NCBI RefSeq assembly: GCF_001194135.2
Contig: NC_068984.1
Span: 17,493,256 to 17,557,255 of the forward strand
DNA from: Octopus bimaculoides
Lineage: Eukaryota
Direction of reading: 5' to 3'
Length of the DNA: 64,000 bases
Of this stretch, positions 38,738-50,998 are shown in pieces (the first letter of the stretch is position 1; every line of letters starts with the position of its first letter). A program made the translations under genes and the position numbers. A model generated the notes under the pieces. It searched no databases and was not told the DNA's origin. It worked only from the letters and a program-made list of their open reading frames with translations.

Positions 38738-38962
38738 TTATTGAGTGAGAGAGTAGCACATGCCATCAAAGTGACGCTGGGATAAAATATACGGAGCCCA
38801 TTGTACCCATCATGACTACCCATCTAATAAGGGTACACCAGGCTCATACATCACAACCATATGTGTGCAACGTGGTGACCTCATATTAAGATAAACAGCA
38901 CATGACCTTGCAAGTGGAGCCCAGATTAGATTTTTCTTCAGGTCAAATAGCCCATCTTGCCC
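38738..38962 (-). mobile_element. Family F (AAT)n-tailed interspersed repeat; second copy at about 57995-58400 (+)
   Basis: Two copies in opposite orientation share gtcactttgatggcatg...ctcaataat ends and the ctgaagaaaa...cacctgcaag.tcatg centre. Confidence 0.7.
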
Positions 38963-40097
38963 AAATGGTAGAGTATTTTGGCTGGATATCGTTGGTTTAA
39001 AGGCTAAAAGGTTAATGGTCTTTTTTGTAACACTATTCTTCCTCTATTATCTCATATTGGTACACGTGTCTGTGGAGTTCTCAGCCACTTGCACGTTAAT
39101 TTCACGAGCAGGCTGTTCCGTTGATCGGATCAACTGGAACCCTCGACGTCGTAAGCGACGGAGTGCCAACCAAACCATCCCATATTGGTCTTGTCTATTC
39201 TTCGTCTACTTATTTATCTTTTATCAGTCTCGTCAGCCACCATCAGAAGCAATGTACTGGAGGCAGAAGAGGATAAATGTGTTGAACTGATGTTGTCATC
39301 ATCTTTGATGAACTGTCATAAGCTATATAAGCTTCCTCTACAATTACTGCTTATCGTTTTTGAAATTTGAATAAATTTTTATCTTTTTCAGACTTATGAA
39401 GATGGAGTGCCAAATAGAAGACAGAAAAGAAAAAAAACACCTCCTCACTCTTTCTCTTTTCTCTTTTAGTTGTTTCAGTCATTTGACTGCAGCCATGCTG
39501 GAGCACCGCCNNNNNNNNNNNNNNNNNNNNNNNNNNNNNNNNNNNNNNNNNNNNNNNNNNNNNNNNNNNNNNNNNNNNNNNNNNNNNNNNNNNNNNNNNN
39601 NNNNNNNNNNTCCTGCGCCTATGCTGCCACAAAAAAAAAAAGACAAAACAACAACAAAAATCAGTTTAATTTGAAACCACATTAACAGAATTGCTAGTAT
39701 TGCACAAAATATTTTGTGTTATCCCATTACAACCCTTTAAGTCCTGAGTTCAAACTCAAAGGAGGTCAACTTTACCTTTTATCTTTCTGCAGTCAATAAA
39801 ACCAGTACCAGACACGTACTGGAATCAATCAGTATAAATTGATTCTTTGGTGCTAAAAAAAGATTTTGGTCCTTGTGCTTATGTTAGAAAACTTTATTAC
39901 TACAACAATGATGAACCACTTATTTCTTGAAGCTATTATTTTGCAAAAGTCTGCAGAACATTATATGTCTACTCATTGTTGCCATGTATTATTTAACCAG
40001 TAAATATTAATTCTTTGATCAAAGTATTTTGCGTCCATAAATTCCTCCATTATCATTGTCATCTATTACCAGCACCTTTTCATCCCAGACATTCTCC

Positions 40098-40152
40098 ACA
40101 TACATACATACATACATACATACATACATGAATATATACATACATACATACA

Positions 40153-40186
<34 letters not shown>

Positions 40187-40244
40187 CATACATATATACA
40201 TACATATACATGAGTACATACACACACTTACATGCAGGCATACA

Positions 40245-40278
<34 letters not shown>

Positions 40279-41185
40279 CATACATATATACATACATATA
40301 CATGAGTACATACACACACTTACATGCATACATACATACATACATATATACATACATACATACACACACACATACATACATACATACATGCATACATACA
40401 CANNNNNNNNNNNNNNNNNNNNNNNNNNNNNNNNNNNNNNNNNNNNNNNNNNNNNNNNNNNNNNNNNNNNNNNNNNNNNNNNNNNNNNNNNNNNNNNNNN
40501 NNNNNNNNNNNNNNNNNNNNNNNNNNNNNNNNNNNNNNNNNNNNNNNNNNNNNNNNNNNNNNNNNNNNNNNNNNNNNNNNNNNNNNNNNNNNNNNNNNNN
40601 NNNNNNNNNNNNNNNNNNNNNNNNNNNNNNNNNNNNNNNNNNNNNNNNNNNNNNNNNNNNNNNNNNNNNNNNNNNNNNNNNNNNNNNNNNNNNNNNNNNN
40701 NNNNNNNNNNNNNNNNNNNNNNNNNNNNNNNNNNNNNNNNNNNNNNNNNNNNNNNNNNNNNNNNNNNNNNNNNNNNNNNNNNNNNNNNNNNNNNNNACGT
40801 ACATATATATATAGACACACACACACACAAACATACATACACACATACACACATACATACATACACATACATGCACACATATGCGCACACACACATGCAC
40901 GCACACACACATACATAAACACACACATACATAAACACACACATACATACTTACACACACATATGCACACACACACATACATAAACACACACATACATAA
41001 ACACACACATACATACTTACACACACATATGCGCACACACACATGCATGCGCACACACATACATAAACACACACATACATACTTACACACACATATGCGC
41101 ACACATATATATAATTACGTATATATATATATACACACACACATACACACACACACATACACACTCACATACGCACACATACACA
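40098..41185. repeat. (CATA)n/(CA)n compound microsatellite with higher-order units, spanning an N gap
   Basis: Direct reading. Confidence 0.95.
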
Positions 41186-41289
41186 CAAATAGTTCTGATT
41201 ATCATGCCTCATATACTTAATTACTTGATAAACATTTCTCTTTGTTTTTCAAATTCACCTCATTAAATGCTGCATATTATAAAGATTAC

Positions 41290-41775
41290 TATCTTTTCAC
41301 TGGCCATCATCATTGTTGTTATCAACGCCACCACCACCACTCCTTCTGCCACCATCCCCATCACCACCACTACCAAAACCATACCCACCACCACCACCAT
41401 CACTACTACTGCCACCACCATCNNNNNNNNNNCACCACCACCATTACTGCCACCACCACCACCACTACTGCCACCACCATCATCACTACCACTACCATAC
41501 CACCACCACCACCACCACCTCCACTACTGCCACCACTATCATCACTACTACCGCTACCACCACTACCAAAATCATACCCACCACCACCACTACCACTACT
41601 GCCACCACCATCACTACCACTACTGCCACCACCATCACCACTACTACCACCATCACCATCATCATCCCTACTACCGCTAACACCATCACCACCACTGCTG
41701 ATGCCACCCCACAATCACCACCACCACCACTACCACCACCATAACTTTCGTCATCCTCGTCATTATTATTGTCAT
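41290..41775. repeat. (CAC/CAT/TAC)n trinucleotide low-complexity tract (similar at 47860-48340, 49270-49400, 61400-61580)
   Basis: Direct reading; open in several frames only because of the trinucleotide periodicity. Confidence 0.9.
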
Positions 41776-41905
41776 CATTGTATGTATGTTTTCTCTTCTT
41801 GCTCTGGTTGTAAAGGTCTTGTGTAGCAAAGCATCTCATCACTTGCTGCTCTTCTTTGACATCTTCAGGAGGTTCAACTTTTCCGGGTCGGGTTTCATTA
41901 CTCCG

Positions 41906-42125
41906 TTGCCAGTGCCACCTGACTGGCCCTTGTGCTGGTGGCACGTAAAAGCACCCACTACACTCTCGGAGTGGTTGGCATTAGGAAGGGCATCCAGCTG
42001 TAGAAACTCTGCCAGATCAGATTGAAGCTTGGTGCAGCCATCTGGTTCACCAGTTCTCGGTTAAATCGTCCAACCCATGCTAGCATGGAAAGCGGATGTT
42101 AAATGATGATGATGATGATGATGAT
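41906..42125 (+). mobile_element. Family C element
   Basis: Colinear with 22032-22405. Confidence 0.85.
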
Positions 42126-42619
42126 ACCGGTACTATGAAACAGTGTATTGCATTGCATATTTTAGCCATAATACCTATAAAAAACATACAGAGACCCCAC
42201 TGAAGGTATTGTTTATGTTTTAATATACCAAGGTAAGTATCTTTATGAGATAAGTAAGACAAGATAGTAAGATAATAGTTCGTTATCATTACAATGGTAA
42301 CAAGGAATATTAGAAAATGTGCCACAACACCTTGGAAAACAATACAGGGGCCACACCAAAGTTATTGATTGAGTGTGTGGGCTTACGATGGTGTATTACT
42401 GAACTCTCTGGTTCGAGTTTGGGTGAGCAAGCATTGTGTCAATAGCATCGAGACACAATTTTTTCAGCCGGATTTTCGACCTTATTCCAAACCTCACCAG
42501 TTCTTCTTCCCAACTTTTTCGGATTCTAGTTGTCAAGACAAAGAAAATGATATCCTAACCCCGAAAATGGCCAGGGTGGTGCTTACAACACTCTGTTACT
42601 AAACACCTCATTTGTGACA

Positions 42620-42836
42620 CAGCTCTATATTTAAGAGATGAGGAATTATGTACATTATTTACATCATTTAAAATTGACGGATATTTGTCTTCAGCATGTT
42701 TGTTGTTAACACAACGTTTCGGCTGAGATACCCTCCAGCCTTCATCAGGTGTCTTGGGGAAATTTCAAACCTGGGTTCTCATTCCTGAGGTATTTTTCGA
42801 TGTTGTTGTAGTTGTTGCTGTTGTTGCTGTTGTTGT
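42620..42836 (-). mobile_element. HHR-bearing short interspersed element (PLE-pLTR-like)
   Basis: Shares about 100 bp with 17235-17342 in the opposite orientation; 5' side bounded by (AAC)n. Confidence 0.7.
42708..42753 (-). ncRNA. Minimal type I hammerhead ribozyme, intact core
   Basis: Minus strand GACAC-CTGATGA-A-GGCTG/gagggtatct/CAGCC-GAA-ACGT-T-GTGTT; loopless palindromic stem III ACGU; GUU triplet. Confidence 0.8.
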
Positions 42837-43177
42837 TAGTCGAGCAAATCGATCCCACGACTTATCCTTTGTAAGCCTAGTACTTATTCTATCGGTCTCT
42901 ATTGCTGAACCGCTAAGTTACGGGGACGTATATACAGCAGCATTGGTTGTCAAGCGATATTGGAGGGGGGGGGGCAAACACAGACACTCACACACATACA
43001 CAAACACATATATGATGGTTTTCTTTTAGTTTCCATCTATCAAATCCACTCACAAGGCTTTGCTCGGCCCAAGGCTATAGTAGAAGACACTTGCCCAAGG
43101 TGCCATGCAGTGGGACTGAACCCAGAACCATGTGGTTTGTAAGCAAGCTACTTACCACACAGCCACTCCTACGACTA
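42837..43177 (-). mobile_element. SINE family A (tail truncated)
   Basis: Colinear with other family A copies. Confidence 0.85.
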
Positions 43178-43308
43178 TACTTAAACAATACAGGATGGCC
43201 ACGGCTGAAATTCTTTTGAGAATAAATCTCCTTGATCAGAACTAACATAAAACTAAACAGCAACAATAACAACGATTATTATTATATAGCTTTTATATAT
43301 TATACAAC

Positions 43309-43354
<46 letters not shown>

Positions 43355-43521
43355 GCTTTTATCTTTTACTTGCTTCAGTAATTAGTGAGAACTCAGATAA
43401 TGAAATTACAATGGACATTGCTGCATCTTTAGTCAATGTTTTCTGTTCCCTGATAATGCAATATCTGATTCATATCCTAATCTTGACAAAAATGTTTTGG
43501 AAAATTGTGTTAAGAATATAT

Positions 43522-43733
43522 GTATTATACTTGGTTAAGATGTAAGTATTATACTTGGTTAAGATGTAAGTATTATACTTGGTTAAAATGTAAGTATTAT
43601 ATTTGGTTAAGATGTAAGTATTATACTTGGTTAAAATGTAAGTATTATACTTGGTTAAAATGTAAGTATTATACTTGGTTAAAATGTAAGTATTATACTT
43701 GGTTAAGATGTAAGTATTATACTTGGTTAAAAT
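43522..43733. repeat. 24-bp minisatellite, 8 full copies plus 1 partial
   Basis: Unit GTATTATACTTGGTTAA(G/A)ATGTAA read directly; one copy has an extra C>T. Confidence 0.97.
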
Positions 43734-44639
43734 ATTAGATTTCTATGAAAAATCATGACTATCGCCCCTCCAAAATACCTAGTACCAATTCCTTTGGCTC
43801 AAGAGCCCTCTTGATATTTACGATTCCCCTGTGAGCTGGCAGTGACCTGAAGAGGGTTCACTGATTGGGTTAAGAACCACTGATATAAACCCCTCCTCAT
43901 AAGTTTACTTTATCAGGGTTGAGATGGGACTGATTTGAACCCAGGTCCCTGGGTACATGGTCAGACATCACAAGCAAACCACCATAGTTTCACGAAACAA
44001 TAGTGTGGACAGGTTTTCTTGAACATTCTAGAATTTGACTTGCCGTCTCCTATAAAAACTATTTGGCATGAGCCAAGAAAGTGGCTACAGCAGATGACAC
44101 AGATAGATGACAGGAACCTCCATCATCATCCTCATCATCACTGTTATCATTTAACATCCATTTTCAATGCTGGCATGGGTTGGACGGTTTGACTGAAAAC
44201 TAGTAAGCTGGTAAGCTGCACCAGGTTCCTCTCTGATTTGGCATGGTTTCTATGGTTGGATGCCCTTCCTAATGCCACAGGCACAGATGCTAGTTACATA
44301 ATGCCAGAATTCACCATGTTTCCGATCTCACTTGGCTTGACCATGAATATAGCACAACCGTTTTCAGTTATGTTGGGTAAGCCACATATTGCCATATGAA
44401 TAGCTTGGCCTAAACTCCAAGCAGTATGTTTCTCTCTCCAAGTATGTAATTATTGCCATTGTTATTTGTAAAAGGTCAACAGTTTGTCTTTATGAGTGAT
44501 AATAAAATCTTCTGTAAAATGTTCACAGATTGTCGCTCAGTTACTTCTACATGCAGCCCAAGAAACATATTTTCATTCATCAGTTCAACCAGCCAACATC
44601 ACAGACCAGACCGACAACCTCTCAAGCCACAACAGGGCA

Positions 44640-44812
44640 AAACAACAACGAAACAACAACAAAACAACAACAACAACAATAATGATAACAACAACTGCAA
44701 TGACAACAACACCAGAAACAACAGTAAACACAATAACAGCAGCAACAACAACAATGAGAAAAGCAATGACGTCAGGAATAACAACAAGAACAACAGCAGC
44801 AGCAGCAGCAGC
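44640..44812. repeat. (AAC)n/(AGC)n low-complexity tract
   Basis: Direct reading. Confidence 0.9.
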
Positions 44813-45619
44813 CGTTTCCTTTAGAGACCCTTCATTGTTCGGTTCCTGATTCTGCCAGATTTTGTTTTTCAGGAATTAATCGTTGGTTACGACAAACAAG
44901 TTAATTACTTGGCTTAAAATAAATATTTTACAGTGTTTTAAAAATTAAGAAGTGATCATCGTTAAAGTTGGGTAAATTACTTTCGGAGAGTAAAAGGGAG
45001 AGAAGGAGAGAGAGAGAGAGAGTAAGAGAGTGAGTGAGAGAGAGAGAGAGAAGGAGAGATTGGCAGCGAAAGATAGGCAGAGAGAGTCAGAGAGAGAATG
45101 TTGTAGCATATGTAATCATTGTTTACATGAGAATATGTGTGTGTGTGTGTATGTGTGTGTATGTATGTGTGTGTATGTGTGTGTGTGTGTATGTGTGTGT
45201 GTGTATGTGTGTGTGTGTATGTGTGTGTGTATGTGTGTGTGTATGTATGTGTGTGTGTGTGTATGTGTGTGTGTGTGTGTATGTGTGTGAGAGACAGAGC
45301 AAGATGCTGGAGGATATGTAAACAGTTGTTGTGTATAAGAGAGGGAAGAGAGGAAAAGAAAGAACGAGGGAGTATAGAAAAAGGCAAAAAGTGGAACTAA
45401 AGACAGGGTTAGAGACAAGCTGATAGAAAGGTGATAAAGTGATAAAGATAAGTCTGTTGCCAAAAGAGAAGAGCATTAAAGATATTTTCAAATGATAATC
45501 TTTATTGTTTTACATAGAATTGTAAAATGTGACGAAGCATCCAGTATAGATTCTTGCCGAAAGAAAATGTCAGATTTGCTTCTCTTGTTATAAAACCATA
45601 TTGTAATGCTTGTATGGCA

Positions 45620-45970
45620 ATGATGATGATGATCATCATCGTTTAACGTCCGCCTGCCATGCTAGCATGGGTTGGATGATTTGACTGGGGACTGGCGAAC
45701 CAGATGGCTGCACCAGGCTCCAATCTGATCTGGCAGAATTTCTACAGCTGGATGCCCTTCCTAACGCCAACCACTCTGAGAGTGTAGTGGGTGCTTTTAC
45801 GTGCCACCGGCATGAAGGTCAGTCAGGCGGTACTGGCAATGGCCATGCTCAAAATGGTGTATTTTACGTGCCACCTGCACAGGAGCCAGTCCAGCGGCAC
45901 TGGTAACGCCCTCGCTTGAATGTTCTTTTATGTGCCACTGGCACAAGTGCCAGTAAGGCGACACTGGTAT
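45620..45970 (-). mobile_element. Family C element, long copy
   Basis: Reverse complement of the 22032-22405 type. Confidence 0.85.
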
Positions 45971-46040
45971 CCTGGGACATCATTTCTTTATTAGATAGTT
46001 TGTCTGTCCATACTATTCTCAATATTCTCCCAAAGAGTAT

Positions 46041-46260
46041 GGTGGCGAGCCGGCAGAAACGTTAGCACGCTGGGCAATATGCTTAGCGGTATTTCGTCTG
46101 TCTTTATGTTCTGAGTTCAAATTCCGCTGAGGTTGTATTTGCCTTTCATCCTTTGGGGGGGGGGGGTCGATGAATTAAATACCAGTTACATACTGGGGTT
46201 GATCTAATTGACTGACTCCCTCCCCAAAAATTTCAGGCCTTGTGCCTGGAATAGAAAAGA
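46041..46260 (+). mobile_element. SINE family B
   Basis: ggtggcgagccggcagaaacgttagc head to ggccttgtgcctggaatagaaaag tail. Confidence 0.88.
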
Positions 46261-46917
46261 AAAGAATATTCTCCCTAAGAATTACATTTCACAACACCTT
46301 CTGATTTTTGGTGTCATAGACCATGCTTAACCTCCGTACATTAACACAGGGTAGACATAGCAGTTCAATATACAGAACTTGTGCCCAGAGTATGGTTTCT
46401 GAAGATGTTTTACAATTTTCAGAATGCAGATTTTGCCAACACTATTTGTCTTGGGAAAGAACACTGCATTTAATTCGCCTTTTCACAATGCATCTGCATT
46501 AATTATGATACTCATGCAGCTACTTTAATTTAATACTGCTTCCGTTGCATATAACTGATTTTTATTCAGCCCGGTGGCAAATTGCAGCATCAGTGAGTTT
46601 TTTCAATTACTGTTTCCCTATATTAATAGTAACAGATTTTGTCTTAGCACGTGGCTGACAGTAAATACATGCTTCTATGCTTCTGACAAAGTTCAATGAG
46701 GCAGAAATGCACATCTAGCATTCTCACTGCCACAGTTTGACAATAATCATCTGCTACTAATATATTTGTGCTTAAAAATACAGTCAGTCCATAAGATATA
46801 TTTTCTCCAGATGAACACTGTTGCTAATTTGCTTTTATACAATGTATTTACATCAAATATTATGCACAGAATTTACACAAAAGTGTGTAATACATCAAAA
46901 GTATATAACACATCAAG

Positions 46918-47240
46918 TATTACTCTTTTACTTGTTTCAGTCATTTGACTGTGGCCATGCTGGAGCACCGCCTTTAGTCAAGCAAATCAACCCCAGGACT
47001 TATTCTTTGTAAGCCTAGTACTTATTCTATCGGTTTCTTTTGCCGAACCGCTAAGTTACGGGGACGTAAGCACATCAGCACCGGTTGTAAAGTGATGTTG
47101 GGAGGACAAACACAGACACACAAACATATACACACACATACATGTATATATATATACGACGGGCTTCTTTCAGTTTCTGTTTACCAAATCCACTCACAAG
47201 GCTTTGGTCGGCCCGAAGCTATAGTAGAAGACACTTACCC
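46918..47240 (-). mobile_element. SINE family A (head truncated)
   Basis: Colinear with other family A copies. Confidence 0.88.
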
Positions 47241-48758
47241 ACTTGTGTTTAATGATCTATAATGTTCCACTGTTCTAAGTTAGTAGCAGCAGGAAAGATT
47301 TCCAGAAGACTGACATACTGGGAACAAATGACTGAATGTAGGAGAAGCATGGGGTAGTGTGAGGCTGGAAACCATATAAGGGCAAGAAATGAAGAAATGA
47401 CTGAGTTAACGGTGCTGGAAGGAGAGACGGCACATAATTAGCAGAGGCAAAAAGGCCATTGTAGCTGTGGTAGAAAAGACAGAGAAAGAGAGAGGGAGAG
47501 AGAGAAGACAGCCTATTACTGGGTAAGAGATTAAAGTGTGTTTGTTAGTGACTTCTTTTCAATTGGTTGAAATATTTTCAGCCGTGTGTCTATGTGTGTA
47601 ACAGCACCACCACCACCCCACTGTTCCATTGGAAAAAGTATTTTCTGGCTCTGAGGAGGAAGGTCGGAAGGTTTGAACTCATAACCTTATAGTTCATAGT
47701 CCACTGATTTCTTATTATCTATCTAACCAAGAAGAATGATGACTTAATGTGAAAGCATTATGGCTTTTCTTTTTTAATCTAGACAGATGTGATGTGAGAG
47801 TTTTGGCTGCTATTTCTAGCACGTCATACAACCCTACAGAGGGATCCTTGCTGGATCAAGTAGTAGTGGTGGTGATGAAAGCTGTGATGATGATGATGAT
47901 GATAATGACAATGATGATAATGGTGGTAATGGAGGTGGTGATGATGATGATGATGATGATGGTGGTGGAGGTAGTGATGATGATGGTGGTGGAGGTGGTG
48001 ATGATAATGATGATGATGACGATGATGATGGTGGTGGAGGTGGTGATGATGATGATAATGATGACGATAATGATGGTGGAGGTGGTGATGATGACGACGA
48101 TGATGATGATGTTGATGATAATGATGTTGATGATGATGATGATGATGATAGGAGTGGTGGTGATGATGATGATGATGATGATGATAGGAGTGGTGATGAT
48201 GACGATGATGATGATGATGGTGATGGTGGTAGTGTTGACGACAATAGTTGTGGTTATGATGATGGTAGTAGAGATGATACTGATGACGATGATGATGATG
48301 ATGATGATGATAGCTGCTGCAGCAGCAGCAGCAGCGATGATTGCTATTTCTGGTCCAGGGCATCATGGTACGCTTCATAGTTGAAGGCTGTAATAAAAAA
48401 TGAAACATCTTTCCACTTACACTTGGAATGCTTTTACCAAATAAAATATGATTCTAGGCAACTGTCTCTCATTACAGAAATTTATTTAGCTACAATTTAG
48501 AAACAATTACCTCCATAAGTTTGACAAGAAAGTACTCCGGGTCATGTCTTGAAGTAGTGAAATACAGCAACAACAGCAACAACAACAACAATGGAAAAAT
48601 CTCTTTGGTCACATCATTCTGACAGCACTTCATTAGCTGTGAACATAGACACAATGAAAACTATGTCCTTGAACTTTCTTACTGAGTTCCCAGACCGACA
48701 GAACAAAAATGATTCACTCAACTTTACTAACTTCACGTCACCGTCAAGCTTTAGCCAT

Positions 48759-49143
48759 ATTACTCTTTTACTTGTTTCAGTCATTTGACTGCAGCCATGC
48801 TGGAGCACCACCTTTTGTCGAACAAATCGACCCCAGGACTTATTCTTTGTAAGCCTAGTACTTATTCTATCGGTCTCTTTTGCCGAGCCGCTAAGTTGCG
48901 GGGACGTAAACACACCAGTGTCGGTTGTCAAGCGATGTTGTGGGGACAAACACAGACACACACACATATATATATACATATATACGACGGGTTTCTTTCA
49001 GTTTCCGTCTACCAAATCCACTCACAAGGCTTTGGTCGGCCCGAGGCTATAGTAGAAGACACTTGTCCAAGGTGCCACGCAGTGGGATTGAACCCGGAAC
49101 CATGTGGTTGGTAAGCAAGCTATTTACCACACAGCCACTCCTG
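48759..49143 (-). mobile_element. SINE family A, near full length
   Basis: Colinear with other family A copies. Confidence 0.9.
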
Positions 49144-49802
49144 TTGACTACAATTCTGTAATAGTTGCCCTTCATGGTGTCAGGAAGAAACCATGCCACA
49201 ACAGATGACTAGAGTCTGGCCAGCTCCTGTCAAACTGTCTAACCCATGCTAGCGTGGAAAACGTATGCTAAAGAATGATGATGTTGGTAGTGGTGGTGGT
49301 GGTGGTGGTGGAGGTGGTAATGATGATGATGATGATGGTGATGATGATGGTGGTGATGATGATGGTGATGACGATGACGGCGATGACAATGATGATGCTT
49401 TTCTTCTCATCACATCCTCATTAAGCAGCAGGATTCAGTATTTTGTAGATTCCTACTGCAGTCATGAAACAACTACAGAGTGAGCACATTGAATCTTATC
49501 TCACAATTCTAAGTAGCTTCACCAAAACTTTGTGAATCTCACATTGTAACTACTGATGTATATTATTAATGTCCCTCTCTTTCACCTATTTTACCTGAAA
49601 TTCCACTCTCTGCTGAAACTAGTGTCTCCGGGACTTTGATTCCAGGTATCCTTTCTCTGTGTAATAAACCTGTCATTTACATGATGTAACAAACCTGTTG
49701 CTTTTTTCTCCAGCCCCACAAGGTCCAGTCGTTGTTGTGACAAGGTGGCTTGTGTGTCTCCTAGGAGAGCTGAATAGATCATGCTGGATAGAGGCCAAAC
49801 TA

Positions 49803-50998
49803 TTGGGTTGTCTGGAAAGTTTGTGCCGATTTATAGTAGCTTACCTTTCGACTTATTTTAGAACATGGTTGAGTCCATAAAATAGGATTTGACTACACCT
49901 CCATTTAGAGCACAGTTTAAGCTATCTTTTCGTGGAAGAAGGTTTATGTTCTTATAATCTGTGCTAATTCTGTAACCCTTTAAATTGGAAGATAAGAAAG
50001 TTAATTTTCAGCACTTGATGCTTTTCTTTTTCCGTAAAGGAAAAAATGCCTCACAAGCAACCAAAGAAATATGCGCAGTTTACGGTGATGTTTCTTTATC
50101 TGAAAGAACTGTACAGAAGTGGTTTGTAAGGTTCTGAGCTGGAGATTGTAGCCTTATTGATAAAGAGCGATCAAGCAGACCATCCACTACAGATGATAAC
50201 CAAATCAAGTCATTAATTGAGAATAACCCACATTGCACAACCTGAGAATTGGCAGAAAGCCTCAACCTATCAAAATCCGTCGTTCATGAGCACCTAGTAA
50301 AACTTGGGTACACAAATTGCTACGATGTTTGGGTACGACATGAGTTGAGTGAGAAGAACCTTTTGGATCGCATTTCCATCTGTGATTCGCTTTATAGATG
50401 GAATGAAAGCGCACCTTTTTTAAAGCAAATTGTGACAGGTGATGAGAAATGGATTATCTACCGAAATGTTCAGAGAAAGCGATTCTAGAGTAAATGACAT
50501 GAGCCTTCTCCCAAGTAACCAGACAATTAATTCTGATAAATACTGCACACAACTGGACGAGTTAAAAGCAGCAATTCAAGAGAGATGTTCAGAATTGGCC
50601 AACAGGAAGGGGTGTTGTTTTCCAACATGATAATGCAAGACTGCACGTTTCTTTAGGAACCAGACAAAAATTGCTGCAGCTCGGTTGGGATGTGTTACCC
50701 CACCCTCCATATTCACCAGATATTGCTCCTTCAGATTTCCACTTATTCAGGTCTCTGCAGAATAGTCTTAATGGTAAAAATTTCAATTCTTTGGATGACG
50801 TAAAAAGATACCTTGATGAATTCTTTGCCATGAAACCACCTCAATTTTGGGAAGAGGGTATTTTCAAGTTAAAGGAAAGATGGAGACGCATTGTGCAACA
50901 AAATGGTTCATATTTGGTTGTTTAAAAATATAATGGCAAGTATTTATTGACCTTTTTCTTTCCTTTAAAAATCGGCACAAACTTTTCGGACAACCCAA
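49803..50998 (+). mobile_element. mariner (DD34D) DNA transposon, inactive, full TIR-bounded copy with internal deletion
   Basis: 30-bp TIRs (TTGGGTTGTCTGGAAAGTTTGTGCCGATTT vs revcomp TTGGGTTGTCCGAAAAGTTTGTGCCGATTT, 28/30) with TA on both sides. HTH region, WVRHEL, IVTGDEKW, HDNAR-34 aa-HPPYSPDIAPSD; stops and frameshifts; the segment after YRNVQRKR is shortened. Confidence 0.95.

Noticed and set aside
43522-43733. CRISPR-like regular repeat
   Set aside because: Head-to-tail units with no unique spacers, in eukaryotic DNA with no cas genes.
43845-43890. Other CTGANGA heptamers (e.g. 220, 19207, 26717, 28951, 43848, 58212)
   Set aside because: No complementary stem II closed by GAAA, so they are not hammerheads.
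47749-48408. Poly-Met/His/Ser ORFs (211 and 194 aa) and similar at 41.2-41.9 kb
   Set aside because: (GAT/GGT)n trinucleotide tract with no flanking coding context.
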